DNA of 63,763 nt, the filler included, from an uncultured Methanospirillum sp. (GTDB lineage: Archaea; Halobacteriota; Methanomicrobia; Methanomicrobiales; Methanospirillaceae), in NCBI GenBank assembly GCA_964637135.1. It is 4 parts of 3 records of this genome, joined end to end, with 100 filler letters (N's around TTAATTAATTAA, not from the genome) between each part and the next. Parts side by side here need not be neighbours in the genome. Positions count along the whole stretch, not along the records: positions 38,092 to 63,763 come from CAZWTX010000035.1; 3 more parts are not named here. One strand, given 5' to 3'. The notes beneath the pieces were generated by a model, which saw only the letters and a list, made by a program, of their open reading frames with translations, had not been told where the DNA came from and did not search any database. The translations under genes were made by a program, and so were the position numbers. Of this stretch, positions 50,857-60,494 are shown one piece after another. Each line of letters begins with the position of its first letter. The stretch's first letter is position 1.

Positions 50857-51270
50857 ATGCAGATACGACTCTATAAGGAGGTCTCCTTCGATGCCAGCCA
50901 CCGTCTGCTGACATACCCGGGGAAATGTCACAACCTCCACGGGCACCGCTGGAAGGTTGAGATATGGCTTACAGGTGAGCCCGACAAGGAGACAAATATT
51001 CTGGTCGACTTCAATGAGATCCGCGAGGCCGTGGATCGGTACGATCACGAGATCATTCTGAACGAGCGGGATCCGATGGTTCCACGAATAGAGGAGTTTC
51101 ACCCGGTGATCACGACCCCTGGCGATCCCACGAGTGAACTGCTTGCCTCCCTTATCAGGGATGATATCGAGGGAACATACGCATCATCGGGGAGAAACAT
51201 CCGGGTCGACCAGATCCGGGTCTGGGAATCGCCGACCTGTTATGCCGAGCTGAGGAATGAAGATCGCTGA
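50857..51270 (+). CDS. queD: 6-carboxy-5,6,7,8-tetrahydropterin synthase
   Basis: FDASHRL..Y.GKCHNLHGH, VDF, PTSE and VWESP. Confidence 0.95.
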   Translation: MQIRLYKEVSFDASHRLLTYPGKCHNLHGHRWKVEIWLTGEPDKETNILVDFNEIREAVDRYDHEIILNERDPMVPRIEEFHPVITTPGDPTSELLASLIRDDIEGTYASSGRNIRVDQIRVWESPTCYAELRNEDR

Positions 51271-51865
51271 GATCTTTTCGAGTCTCCAGGGAGAGGGAAA
51301 AACCTCCGGATACCCGACTCTCTTTATCCGCCTTGCCGGATGCAACCTGGCATGTTCCTACTGTGATACGCCGGCCAGCCACCAGGCCGGCAGGGAATCT
51401 GGGGTGGATCAGGTGATCTGCGAGGCGATAGCCGTCCCCATCCCGCGGATCTGCATCACGGGTGGGGAACCACTCCTCCAGGCAGGTGAGGTAACGGCAC
51501 TTGCCCGGGCACTCTCACAGGCCGGCAGGATAATTGGCATTGAAACGAATGGTACCCTAGATTTTCGGGCGTTTCAGCCGTATGCTTCGATATGCATGGA
51601 TGTAAAATGCCCCTCGTCCGGTGAAAAGAGCGATCTCTCCCTTCTTTCTGCGATCAGGGAGGAGGATTCGGTCAAGTTTGTTATCGGGACCGAGGAGGAT
51701 CTCAGGTATGCGGAGGAGGTCATCGCTTCGAACCGGATTACAGGTGAGATCTTCTTCTCACCGGTATATGGAACGGATTATCACCGGATTGCAGCGTATA
51801 TACTTGAGAAGAATCTTCCGGTGCGGCTGCAACTGCAGCTTCACAAGATCATCGGAGTACCCTGA
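51257..51865 (+). CDS. queE: 7-carboxy-7-deazaguanine synthase (radical SAM)
   Basis: EIFSSLQGEG, RLAGCNLACSYCDT, TGGEP, ETNG and LQLHK. Confidence 0.95.
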   Translation: MKIAEIFSSLQGEGKTSGYPTLFIRLAGCNLACSYCDTPASHQAGRESGVDQVICEAIAVPIPRICITGGEPLLQAGEVTALARALSQAGRIIGIETNGTLDFRAFQPYASICMDVKCPSSGEKSDLSLLSAIREEDSVKFVIGTEEDLRYAEEVIASNRITGEIFFSPVYGTDYHRIAAYILEKNLPVRLQLQLHKIIGVP

Positions 51866-51866
51866 C

Positions 51867-52532
51867 ATGAAAGCTGTATGCCTCCTCTCCGGAGGAATGG
51901 ATTCCTCCACGCTTGCTTACCTCGCAAAATCCGAAGGATACGATATTCTCGCCCTCCATTTCAGTTACCGGCAGAAAACCGAGAGAAAGGAGCGGGAATG
52001 TGCCATGCGTATCGCCCGCCATCTCAATGCCATCGATTTCATCGATGTGGATCTCTCGTATCTCCAGAAAGTCGGCATGTCCAGTCTGACCGATCCCACA
52101 ATGGCCGTAAAAGCCCACGCTGATGCAGGAGACGGCGTGCCTGATACCTATGTACCCTTCAGGAACGCAACGCTTCTCTCAGTTGCAACAAGCCTTGCCG
52201 AGGCACAGAAGGCTGAGGCGATCTACATCGGAGTACAGGCATCAGACTACTCGGGATACCCGGACTGCCGGCCGGAATTTATTACTGCATTTCAGAAGGT
52301 GGTCGATCTCGGCACCCGCCCGGAGACCGAGATCACCTTGAAGACACCATTTGTCTCCCTCAACAAGACAGAGATCCTGAAGATCGGGATGGATCTCAGG
52401 GTTCCGTACGAAGATACCTGGTCCTGTTACCAGGATAACGATGTTGCCTGTGGGATATGTGGCTCCTGTCATTTCCGCCGTGAAGCGTTCGATGCCTTCG
52501 GGATCAGGGATCCCATTCCGTACCGGGGCTGA
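51867..52532 (+). CDS. queC: 7-cyano-7-deazaguanine (preQ0) synthase
   Basis: LSGGMDS, TYVPFRN, GYPDCR and TWSCY......CG.CGSC. Confidence 0.97.
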   Translation: MKAVCLLSGGMDSSTLAYLAKSEGYDILALHFSYRQKTERKERECAMRIARHLNAIDFIDVDLSYLQKVGMSSLTDPTMAVKAHADAGDGVPDTYVPFRNATLLSVATSLAEAQKAEAIYIGVQASDYSGYPDCRPEFITAFQKVVDLGTRPETEITLKTPFVSLNKTEILKIGMDLRVPYEDTWSCYQDNDVACGICGSCHFRREAFDAFGIRDPIPYRG

Positions 52533-52534
52533 TC

Positions 52535-53038
52535 ATGGAGATCTACCGTGGCCGCCGGCTGTGGATCGAGGACCGTACCATTATCCTTCCCAATGGCCGG
52601 GAGAAGAGTGGAATTATTGTTCACCCGGGAGATGCCGTGGTGATTCTTCCGAGATCAGGAGATGGGTATTACCTCATCAGGCAGTACCGGTTTGCAATCG
52701 GTTCCTGGATATACGAGGTTCCGGCCGGGACCATGGAGTCAGGCGAGGAACCACAGCAAACGGCACGGCGGGAACTCATCGAGGAAACAGGATTTGATGC
52801 GAAAACGATCGTTTCCCTCGGGTTTATTTATACGACGCCAGGTTTTACTGATGAAAAGATATGGCTCTTTGAAGCTGATGATCTCGCACCAAGCCGGGAA
52901 TTCCTTCCTGACGATGACGAGATGATAGAAGTAGTCAGGTTTCCCATCACAGAGATTCTGAGAATGATCCGATCAGGTGAGATCGTTGATGCGAAGACGA
53001 TGGCGGTCATCCTCCGGAGCATGGAGATGGAAAGATGA
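52535..53038 (+). CDS. NUDIX hydrolase (ADP-ribose pyrophosphatase-like)
   Basis: Nudix box EVPAGTMESGEEPQQTARRELIEETG; I.DAKT. Confidence 0.92.
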   Translation: MEIYRGRRLWIEDRTIILPNGREKSGIIVHPGDAVVILPRSGDGYYLIRQYRFAIGSWIYEVPAGTMESGEEPQQTARRELIEETGFDAKTIVSLGFIYTTPGFTDEKIWLFEADDLAPSREFLPDDDEMIEVVRFPITEILRMIRSGEIVDAKTMAVILRSMEMER

Positions 53039-53919
53039 GCCGGATTCTTCCGTTCCTGCTGCTTCTCCTCTTCATTTCAATCGCAGGGTGTTCCGGTCCG
53101 GATCAGGCAAAACCAACACAGGGTTCCTTCCAGGTGGATGAAACAGGTATTGCCCGCTTTTCTCTCCCGGATCCTGCTTTTTCTGAGGACGTTCTTGAAA
53201 CCGGAAATATTTCGGTGACTGATATCACGATCCATACCTTTGCCGGTGACACCTCGGCAGTCCTGGTCTCTCCCGGCAAGCCGGTATGCGGCCTCGTGTG
53301 GGTTCCCGGTGCAGGGGTTCCCGCGGCAGGTCATATCGAACATGCAAAAGCCTATGCAGCGGATAATATTGCGGTGATCGTCGTTGATGTGCGGGGGAAC
53401 GGGGGAAAAACACCCGGATACCCGCTCGATCTAGAGCGGGACTTTCAGAAGTTTGCATCAGGCGGGTGGCCCCAGTATTACCAGATTGTGGCCGACTGCA
53501 TATATGCAAAAACGTACCTGACCGGCCGGTTTGGGAACATCCCGATCTGGGTCGCCGGGGAATCAAACGGTGGACGCTACGCAGCCGAAGCCGCCGCGAT
53601 AGACTCCGGGTTCTCCGGGTATTTCGGGATTTCGACATCCGGATTTGGAAAGGTCGGGCTTGAATATGATGAACCGGCGAGTTCGTTCCTGCTCAGCGTT
53701 GATCCCACGGTGGCAATCCCCTCTATCAGCCCGCGACCGGTCTATATCTTCCATGCTCCGGATGATACCATCATCCCGATTGCAGACGGAGAGGCCCTTG
53801 CAGCGGTTGCCGGTGAGCCGGTTTCATTCATCCGGTTCAACGGAACACACGGGGTCAATGGCGAGGTGGATGCGACTATCCAGGACATCCTTTCTGGAAG
53901 CATCAGGAAAAAAGAGTAA
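53035..53919 (+). CDS. Alpha/beta hydrolase lipoprotein
   Basis: Lipobox IAGC, nucleophile elbow GESNGG, Asp in DDTIIP and His in GTHG. Confidence 0.85.
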   Translation: MSRILPFLLLLLFISIAGCSGPDQAKPTQGSFQVDETGIARFSLPDPAFSEDVLETGNISVTDITIHTFAGDTSAVLVSPGKPVCGLVWVPGAGVPAAGHIEHAKAYAADNIAVIVVDVRGNGGKTPGYPLDLERDFQKFASGGWPQYYQIVADCIYAKTYLTGRFGNIPIWVAGESNGGRYAAEAAAIDSGFSGYFGISTSGFGKVGLEYDEPASSFLLSVDPTVAIPSISPRPVYIFHAPDDTIIPIADGEALAAVAGEPVSFIRFNGTHGVNGEVDATIQDILSGSIRKKE

Positions 53920-53923
53920 CCGG

Positions 53924-54514
53924 TTATACCGGCAATACCTGTTCCTTGTAGATCTCGTTGATGACCTGTGCCATACCCATGTAGAGGGCCAGGGCACCGG
54001 CAAGAAGACCCGTATATCCGCCGGCTGTTGTTATCCCCGGGATTCCGGTTATCTCCCCGGCAACGAGAAGCACAACGAGAAGCACGACCGCTGCAAGGGT
54101 GACCATGAGCAGTTTGTGCATCCGGAGGGTGCAGATGAAAAGCCCGAAGGCAAACAGCCCCCATACCGCGAGGAATGCCGCAAGATCCCCTGCTCCCGGT
54201 GCCTGTACCAGACCGGTTCCAGGAAGCATCACGATCATGGCAAAGGAGATCCAGAAGAACCCAAAACTGCCGAATGTGATCATCCCGAAGGTATTGTTCT
54301 TTTTCCACTCGAGGACTCCCGCGATAACCTGGGCTATCCCCCCGTAGAGGATCGCCATTGAGATAATGGGACTGGTGAGAGCAGTGAATCCGGCATTATG
54401 GAGGCTGAGCAGGATCGTTGTCATTCCAAAGGCACACAATCCGAGCGGGGCCGGATTGGCAGTATCGTCCACGAGGAAGATATTATTTCTGCTGACTTCT
54501 TCGATTGTTGTCAT
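53924..54514 (-). CDS. Acetate uptake transporter (GPR1/FUN34/SatP family)
   Basis: Signature ANPAPLGL..FG.TT, YGG.AQ..AG and NTFG...F..FG.FW; 6 TM helices. Confidence 0.93.
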   Translation of the reverse strand: MTTIEEVSRNNIFLVDDTANPAPLGLCAFGMTTILLSLHNAGFTALTSPIISMAILYGGIAQVIAGVLEWKKNNTFGMITFGSFGFFWISFAMIVMLPGTGLVQAPGAGDLAAFLAVWGLFAFGLFICTLRMHKLLMVTLAAVVLLVVLLVAGEITGIPGITTAGGYTGLLAGALALYMGMAQVINEIYKEQVLPV

Positions 54515-54869
54515 GGTCTCCTCATCTGGTGCACCCGGTTAATCCCATCAATGGAGGAAATTTATACAGATCTGGGAGATGATTCACTTTTTCAGGAACC
54601 GCGGCATCTTGTACCGGGAGATCATTCCCGGGATCTGCACCAGCTCTGAAAATCTTGGTGCAGGATACATAAAAACGGCGTGCTCTGTCAGACATATTCA
54701 GCTGCAGGGATTCTTTCCGGATGAAAATCCTGACCATGCTGATTTAAAGTTCCGCGAAATGTGCACCAGTCATCTATCTTCATGAGAGAAGAAAAGTCCT
54801 GGTGCCTGCCGGTTATCTTAAGACCTCCGGCTCTCAATATATACCAGCTTATACGACAGGTTACTACCC

Positions 54870-56141
54870 ATGAGTGAAACCGGAGAACTGGACGAAGCAC
54901 GGCGGCGGTACGAATTCAAGAAGATGCTGGAGCGTCTGGAGGCAAAGGAAGGAAGTGGAACAGAACTGATCTCCCTCTACATCCCTCCGGACAAACAGAT
55001 CTATGATGTGACGGCACAACTTCGTGATGAGTTCGGGCAGTGTGCCAATATCAAGTCCAAGCAGACGAAGACGAATGTGCAGAGTGCCATCTCCAGTATC
55101 CTCTCACGGCTGAAGTACTACCAGAAGCCGCCCGAATTTGGCATGGCTGTCTTTTGTGGATCGGTCAACAAGCACGGGGACCGGCAGGATCTTGAATGCG
55201 AGGTCGTCCTTCCCCCGGAACCGCTCAACCTGTACATGTACCGGTGCAGTTCCAAGTTTGAACTTGAACCGCTCAAGGATATGCTCGATGAGAAGTATGT
55301 CTACGGGCTGCTGGTCATCGACCGGCGTGAAGCATACTGGGGATTTCTCAGGGGGAACCGGATCGATCCGATCAATGGATGTACCTCCACAGTCCCGGGA
55401 AAACAACGGAAAGGAGGTCAGTCCAGCATCCGGTTTGAACGTCTCCGCCTGATCGCCATCAACGAGTTCTACAAGAAAGTCGGAGAACGTTCGAGTGAGA
55501 TATTCCTTGCCGAGAAGGACTTCTTCGAGCGGTTTAAAGGACTCCTCATCGGCGGTCCATCCCCGACCAAGGAAGAGTTCGAGGAGGGCCAGTTTCTCCA
55601 CCACGAGGTCCAGAAACGCGTGCTCGGCCTCTTCGATGTCGCATATACGAACGAGAGCGGGCTGCCCGAACTGGTTGACGCTGCCGAGGAAGTACTCAAA
55701 GGTCAGGCCGTTATCGAAGAGAAACACCTCATGGAGAGGTTCTTCAAAGAACTGGTGAAGGACAACGGACTGGCGGCATACGGTGAACAGTCGATCCGTG
55801 CCAACCTTGAACTTGGTGCAGTAGATATCCTCCTTCTCTCTGACAAACTCCGTAAGGCCAGGATCACGATCACCTGTGACTCCTGCGGGTACAGCGAAGA
55901 GCGGACCATCCTCATTGAACCAGGAAGAGATCCCGAGGACGTCGATCCCGGGGCCTGTCCGAAATGCAACGTCTCGCTATCAGTGACCGATTCGGCTGAC
56001 ATTATTGCTGAACTCACCTCCCTTGCAGATGGTTCGAACAGCCAGGTTGCTATAATCTCTGATGACTTCGAGGAAGGATCCCAGTTATACACAGCCTTCG
56101 GAGGTATCGCCGCAATTCTCCGGTACAGGACGGGAATGTAA
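54870..56141 (+). CDS. prf1: Peptide chain release factor aRF1
   Basis: GSGTELISLY, NIKS, YRC and GGQS..RFERL; C-terminal zinc ribbon. Confidence 0.98.
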   Translation: MSETGELDEARRRYEFKKMLERLEAKEGSGTELISLYIPPDKQIYDVTAQLRDEFGQCANIKSKQTKTNVQSAISSILSRLKYYQKPPEFGMAVFCGSVNKHGDRQDLECEVVLPPEPLNLYMYRCSSKFELEPLKDMLDEKYVYGLLVIDRREAYWGFLRGNRIDPINGCTSTVPGKQRKGGQSSIRFERLRLIAINEFYKKVGERSSEIFLAEKDFFERFKGLLIGGPSPTKEEFEEGQFLHHEVQKRVLGLFDVAYTNESGLPELVDAAEEVLKGQAVIEEKHLMERFFKELVKDNGLAAYGEQSIRANLELGAVDILLLSDKLRKARITITCDSCGYSEERTILIEPGRDPEDVDPGACPKCNVSLSVTDSADIIAELTSLADGSNSQVAIISDDFEEGSQLYTAFGGIAAILRYRTGM

Positions 56142-57805
56142 TGTTCTTTGAAAAATATGACACCATCCGGTCAGCACTCCGGGAGGCGACCGGGCTTGAG
56201 GATGTTCTCCTCGTGGACGGCGGAGATCATGCAGATCTCGCTTCGACAGTGGCATTTGCACTTGCAAAAGAACGCCGGAAGGCACCGGCACTGATTGCAC
56301 AGGACCTGGCGGGTGAGATTGCAGGGAAGATAGCACCGGCCGGGATCACGGTGGAGACTGCCGGACCATACCTCAACTTCAAATTTGATACCGCATACTG
56401 CTCTGCTGTCCTGAAACAGGCAGTTGTCCCGGGTTACGGGCAGCTTCCCCTCCAGCAGGAGCGGGTAATCCTTGAACACACCTCGGCCAATCCGAACGGT
56501 CCGCTTCACGTGGGACATATCAGGAACACCATCCTTGGCGACACCCTCTCCCGGTGCTTCCGGAAAGCCGGCTACCCGCTTGAAGTCCAGTATTATGTCA
56601 ATGATATGGGCCGGCAGATCGCCATCGTTGCCTGGGGAGTAGCCACCCAGAAGGCCGATCTTGAGGCAGACGGAAAAGGAGATCACCTTGTCGCCTCGAT
56701 TTACATCGAGGCAAACCGCCGGCTCCAGGCAGACGAGAACCTGACCGCTGAAATCGATACCCTCATGCAGAAGGTGGAGGCGGGAGAACCGGAGACGATC
56801 CGCCAGTTCAAGGTACCGGTGAAACGGTGCCTGGATGGGTTCAAGGCAACGCTTTCCGATCTGCACGTGACCCATGACCGGTTCATCTACGAGAGTGATT
56901 TTGTCAGAAACGGGGATACCGCCAAGATACTCTCAAGAATAGGTCATCTGCCAGAGGCAGAGAATGATGATATTCTCTCGCTTGATCTCTCTGCCTTCGG
57001 GTTTGAGAAGAAGTACATTCTCCGCCGGTCAGACGGTACAAGTGTCTACGCGGCACGGGATATCGCGTACCATATCTGGAAAGGGCACAATTTCGACCGG
57101 ATCATCGATGTTCTTGGAGCCGATCACAAGCTGATTGGCTGCCAGCTCCAGGCCACCCTCGAACTCCTCGGGGAACAACCTCCCGAGATCGTCTTCTTCG
57201 AGTTTGTATCCCTCCCAGAAGGTTCGATGAGCACCCGCCGGGGAACCTTCATCTCTGCCGATGAACTGATCGGCGAGGCTGAACAGCGTGCCCTCGGAGA
57301 AGTCACTTCCCGGCGTCCTGAACTTGACGAGACAACCAGGAAGACGATAGCCCGCTCGGTTGCCATCGCCGCCATCCGGTATGACATCGTTAAGACGATT
57401 CCCGAGAAGGCGACGGTCTTTGACTGGAAGGAAGCACTCGACTTTGAGAAGCAGAGCGGCCCGTACATTCAGTATGCCCATGCCCGGGCCTGCAGCATCC
57501 TTGATAAGGCAGGTCCGTTCACCCCGTCGTTTGATGTCGAGGGCGAAAACGAGATCATCCTGGCCAAGAAGATCGCCCGTTTCCCGGGGGTCATAAAACA
57601 GGTCGTAGATGAACTCAAACCCCATCTCCTTGCCATATACGCCCGTGAACTTGCCGATATCTTCAACTCGTTCTACCATGCCGAGCCGGTGCTTAAGGCT
57701 CCTGAACCGGTGAGGAACCGGCGGCTGACGCTGGTTGATGCGACCCGGAACACGCTTAAGGAAGCCCTGGAAACCCTCGGGATAGATGCCCTCCGAGCCA
57801 TGTAA
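56141..57805 (+). CDS. argS: Arginine--tRNA ligase
   Basis: EHTSANPNGPLHVGHIRN, YVNDMGRQ, MSTRRG and GPYIQYAHAR. Confidence 0.98.
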   Translation: MFFEKYDTIRSALREATGLEDVLLVDGGDHADLASTVAFALAKERRKAPALIAQDLAGEIAGKIAPAGITVETAGPYLNFKFDTAYCSAVLKQAVVPGYGQLPLQQERVILEHTSANPNGPLHVGHIRNTILGDTLSRCFRKAGYPLEVQYYVNDMGRQIAIVAWGVATQKADLEADGKGDHLVASIYIEANRRLQADENLTAEIDTLMQKVEAGEPETIRQFKVPVKRCLDGFKATLSDLHVTHDRFIYESDFVRNGDTAKILSRIGHLPEAENDDILSLDLSAFGFEKKYILRRSDGTSVYAARDIAYHIWKGHNFDRIIDVLGADHKLIGCQLQATLELLGEQPPEIVFFEFVSLPEGSMSTRRGTFISADELIGEAEQRALGEVTSRRPELDETTRKTIARSVAIAAIRYDIVKTIPEKATVFDWKEALDFEKQSGPYIQYAHARACSILDKAGPFTPSFDVEGENEIILAKKIARFPGVIKQVVDELKPHLLAIYARELADIFNSFYHAEPVLKAPEPVRNRRLTLVDATRNTLKEALETLGIDALRAM

Positions 57806-58694
57806 GGCCCTTCGGGGGATGGGATACCAGTTTTTCCACCCCGACTCTTCAGCGGCCTTAAAACCCTGCCTCTGGTGCAAGCGGACCCTCACGGGGGGCG
57901 AGATGTGCTACAAGCATCAGTTCTACGGGATTGAAAGCCACCGGTGTGTCCAGATGACACCGACACTCAGGTGCAACCAGCAATGCCTCTTCTGTTGGCG
58001 TTCATTCGAACATGCCTATCACGGGGAGCGCGATCTGACCCCCGATGAGATCATTTCACGGATACCCTTCCTCCAGAAAAAAGCACTCTCCGGGTACAAG
58101 GTCTCCTACCGGGTTCCCCGGGAACGCTTTGAGGAGGCAATCGCTCCGAACCAGGTGGCGATCTCCCTGTCAGGAGAGCCGACCCTCTATGCTGATCTCC
58201 CCCGTCTCATTGATCTCCTTAATCAGAGCGGCAGCACTACCTTTCTGGTATCCAACGGTACCATGCCTGAACAGCTCAGGGCCTGTGCACCCTACCAGAA
58301 GTACGTATCCCTTGTCGGCACCGACCGGGAGACCTATCTCAAGGTTGCCCGTCCACAGGAGGACTACTGGGACCAGGTCAGGGAGAGCCTGATCAGGCAG
58401 GGAACCGAGCATGAGCAGGGGAGACGAACCGCGATCCGAATCACCCTCGTGAAAGGGATTAATGACCATGACCCGGGAGGATTCGCCCGGCTCATCCAGG
58501 AGAGCGGATCTACCTTTGTCGAGGTAAAAGCATACATGCATGTCGGGTACAGCCAGCGGCGCCTTACCATCGGACACATGCCGCTTCATGATGAGATCGT
58601 CAGGTTTGTAGAGGAGATGCTTCCCGGTCTCGATTACCATGTACTCGGGGAGAACAGCAGTTCACGGGTCGTCTGTCTTGAGAGGAACGTATGA
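57786..58694 (+). CDS. taw1: tRNA wyosine biosynthesis radical SAM enzyme (4-demethylwyosine synthase)
   Basis: [40 protein letters not shown] and [10 protein letters not shown]. Confidence 0.95.
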   Translation: MPSEPCKALRGMGYQFFHPDSSAALKPCLWCKRTLTGGEMCYKHQFYGIESHRCVQMTPTLRCNQQCLFCWRSFEHAYHGERDLTPDEIISRIPFLQKKALSGYKVSYRVPRERFEEAIAPNQVAISLSGEPTLYADLPRLIDLLNQSGSTTFLVSNGTMPEQLRACAPYQKYVSLVGTDRETYLKVARPQEDYWDQVRESLIRQGTEHEQGRRTAIRITLVKGINDHDPGGFARLIQESGSTFVEVKAYMHVGYSQRRLTIGHMPLHDEIVRFVEEMLPGLDYHVLGENSSSRVVCLERNV

Positions 58695-60295
58695 AATTTG
58701 ATGCAGAAGAGTTCAAAAAGCGTGCAAAAGAGGATTTCGAGGCCGCATGGCATGCAGGACCGTCGATCCTGACGCCTCCGGCTGCCGGACGAACCTACCC
58801 GCGGCTGGAATACAAGACGGCAATTCCCCACCCGATCTTCTCCACTATCCAGAAACTGCGTGAAGCCTATCTTTCAATGGGTTTTGACGAGATGGAGAAC
58901 CAGATCATCGTGGATGAGATAGAGGTGCGCAGGCAGTTCGGTCCTGAAGCGATGGCGGTCCTTGACCGGGTCTTCTACCTCGGCGGCCTTCCGCGGCCGA
59001 ATGTGGGGATCGGAAAGGAGCAGATCAACCGGATCAACCGGATTATCACGCGCGAACTCACCCCGGACGAGGAGGAAGCGCTCAGGAAAACCCTCCATGC
59101 CTACAAGAAATCCGAGATCGACGGGGATGATCTCACCCAGGAACTATCCCGGGTTCTCTCCGCAGACGACGCCCGGATAGCCCATATCCTCGATGAGGTA
59201 TTTCCTGAATTCAGGGAACTGAAACCGGAATCATCCCGCCAGACCCTCCGTTCACACATGACCTCCGGCTGGTTCCAGAGTCTTGGGGCCATATGGGAGA
59301 AAGTGCCCCAGCCAATCAGATTGTTCTCGATCGACCGGTGTTTCCGCCGGGAGCAGGCCGAGGACTCCCATCACCTCATGAGCCATCACTCGGCATCCTG
59401 CGTGGTTGCCGCCGAGGACGTCTCAGTCGAGGACGGAAAGGCAGTTGCCCGGGCACTCCTGTCAGCCTTTGGTTATACCGACTTCGAGTTCAGGCCTGAC
59501 GAAAAACGCTCGAAGTATTACATGCCTGACACCCAGACCGAGGTCTATGCATCACACCCGGTCCATGGATGGGTAGAGGTTGCCACCTTTGGTATTTATT
59601 CCCCGGCTGCACTCGCCGAGTACGGGATAGGGATACCGGTCATGAACCTTGGGCTCGGGGTCGAACGGCTCGCGATGATCATGACGAAATCCGAGGATAT
59701 CAGGCAGCTCTGTTATCCACAGTTCTTCCCGCCGGTCTATTCAGATCTCGATATTGCCAGGGCTGTTACCCTGCATGAAGAACCGGCAACACCTGAAGGA
59801 AGGGATATCGCCCGGGGTCTTGCGGCAGCAGCGGTGCTTCATGGAGCAGAGATAGGTCCGTGTTCCTTCCCCGCCTGGGAAGGAATCCTCTCAGGGAGAA
59901 GGGTGAAAGTATACGTCGAGGAGCCAGAAGAGAATGCCCGCCTGCTTGGTCCGGCTGCATTGAACGAAGTTTTTGTGAAAGACGGGGCAGTTCTCGGGGT
60001 TCCGGATACTGAAAAATTCGCCGAGGTACGGCAGAAGGGAATCCCCGCCCGGATCTCCTATCTCGATGCAGTGGTCGCCCTTGCTGCTTCAGATATTGAG
60101 CGAAAAGCAGCATGCGGACTGGGAACCCAGGTACAGGTGAAAATGGCACGCCTTCCGGCAGATATCAATCTGAAGATCGCACCCTACGCAATGCGGTACC
60201 TTACTGATCATAACCTCAAGGTGGATGTGCGTGGTCCGGTCTTCCTCACGTTCAGGTCTGAGATTCTCCCCGAAGAGACAGGGGAGAGTCAGTAA
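58691..60295 (+). CDS. sepS: O-phosphoserine--tRNA(Cys) ligase
   Basis: [34 protein letters not shown] and [14 protein letters not shown]. Confidence 0.97.
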   Translation: MKFDAEEFKKRAKEDFEAAWHAGPSILTPPAAGRTYPRLEYKTAIPHPIFSTIQKLREAYLSMGFDEMENQIIVDEIEVRRQFGPEAMAVLDRVFYLGGLPRPNVGIGKEQINRINRIITRELTPDEEEALRKTLHAYKKSEIDGDDLTQELSRVLSADDARIAHILDEVFPEFRELKPESSRQTLRSHMTSGWFQSLGAIWEKVPQPIRLFSIDRCFRREQAEDSHHLMSHHSASCVVAAEDVSVEDGKAVARALLSAFGYTDFEFRPDEKRSKYYMPDTQTEVYASHPVHGWVEVATFGIYSPAALAEYGIGIPVMNLGLGVERLAMIMTKSEDIRQLCYPQFFPPVYSDLDIARAVTLHEEPATPEGRDIARGLAAAAVLHGAEIGPCSFPAWEGILSGRRVKVYVEEPEENARLLGPAALNEVFVKDGAVLGVPDTEKFAEVRQKGIPARISYLDAVVALAASDIERKAACGLGTQVQVKMARLPADINLKIAPYAMRYLTDHNLKVDVRGPVFLTFRSEILPEETGESQ

Positions 60296-60494
60296 AATTT
60301 ATCCTGCAAATAACATAGTATTGAGAATTATAGAATTCGGAGGATATCTGACCCCTGTTTCTCGTTTTCGATAATCTCTTCATTTTCTTCGCTAACTTCC
60401 GGAATGATTATCACCATCCGTTACAATAATCAATCATTCATGAATCGCCGGTCCCCTGATCTTATAGCCGGGGGGCCGTCACCATGGGGATGGA

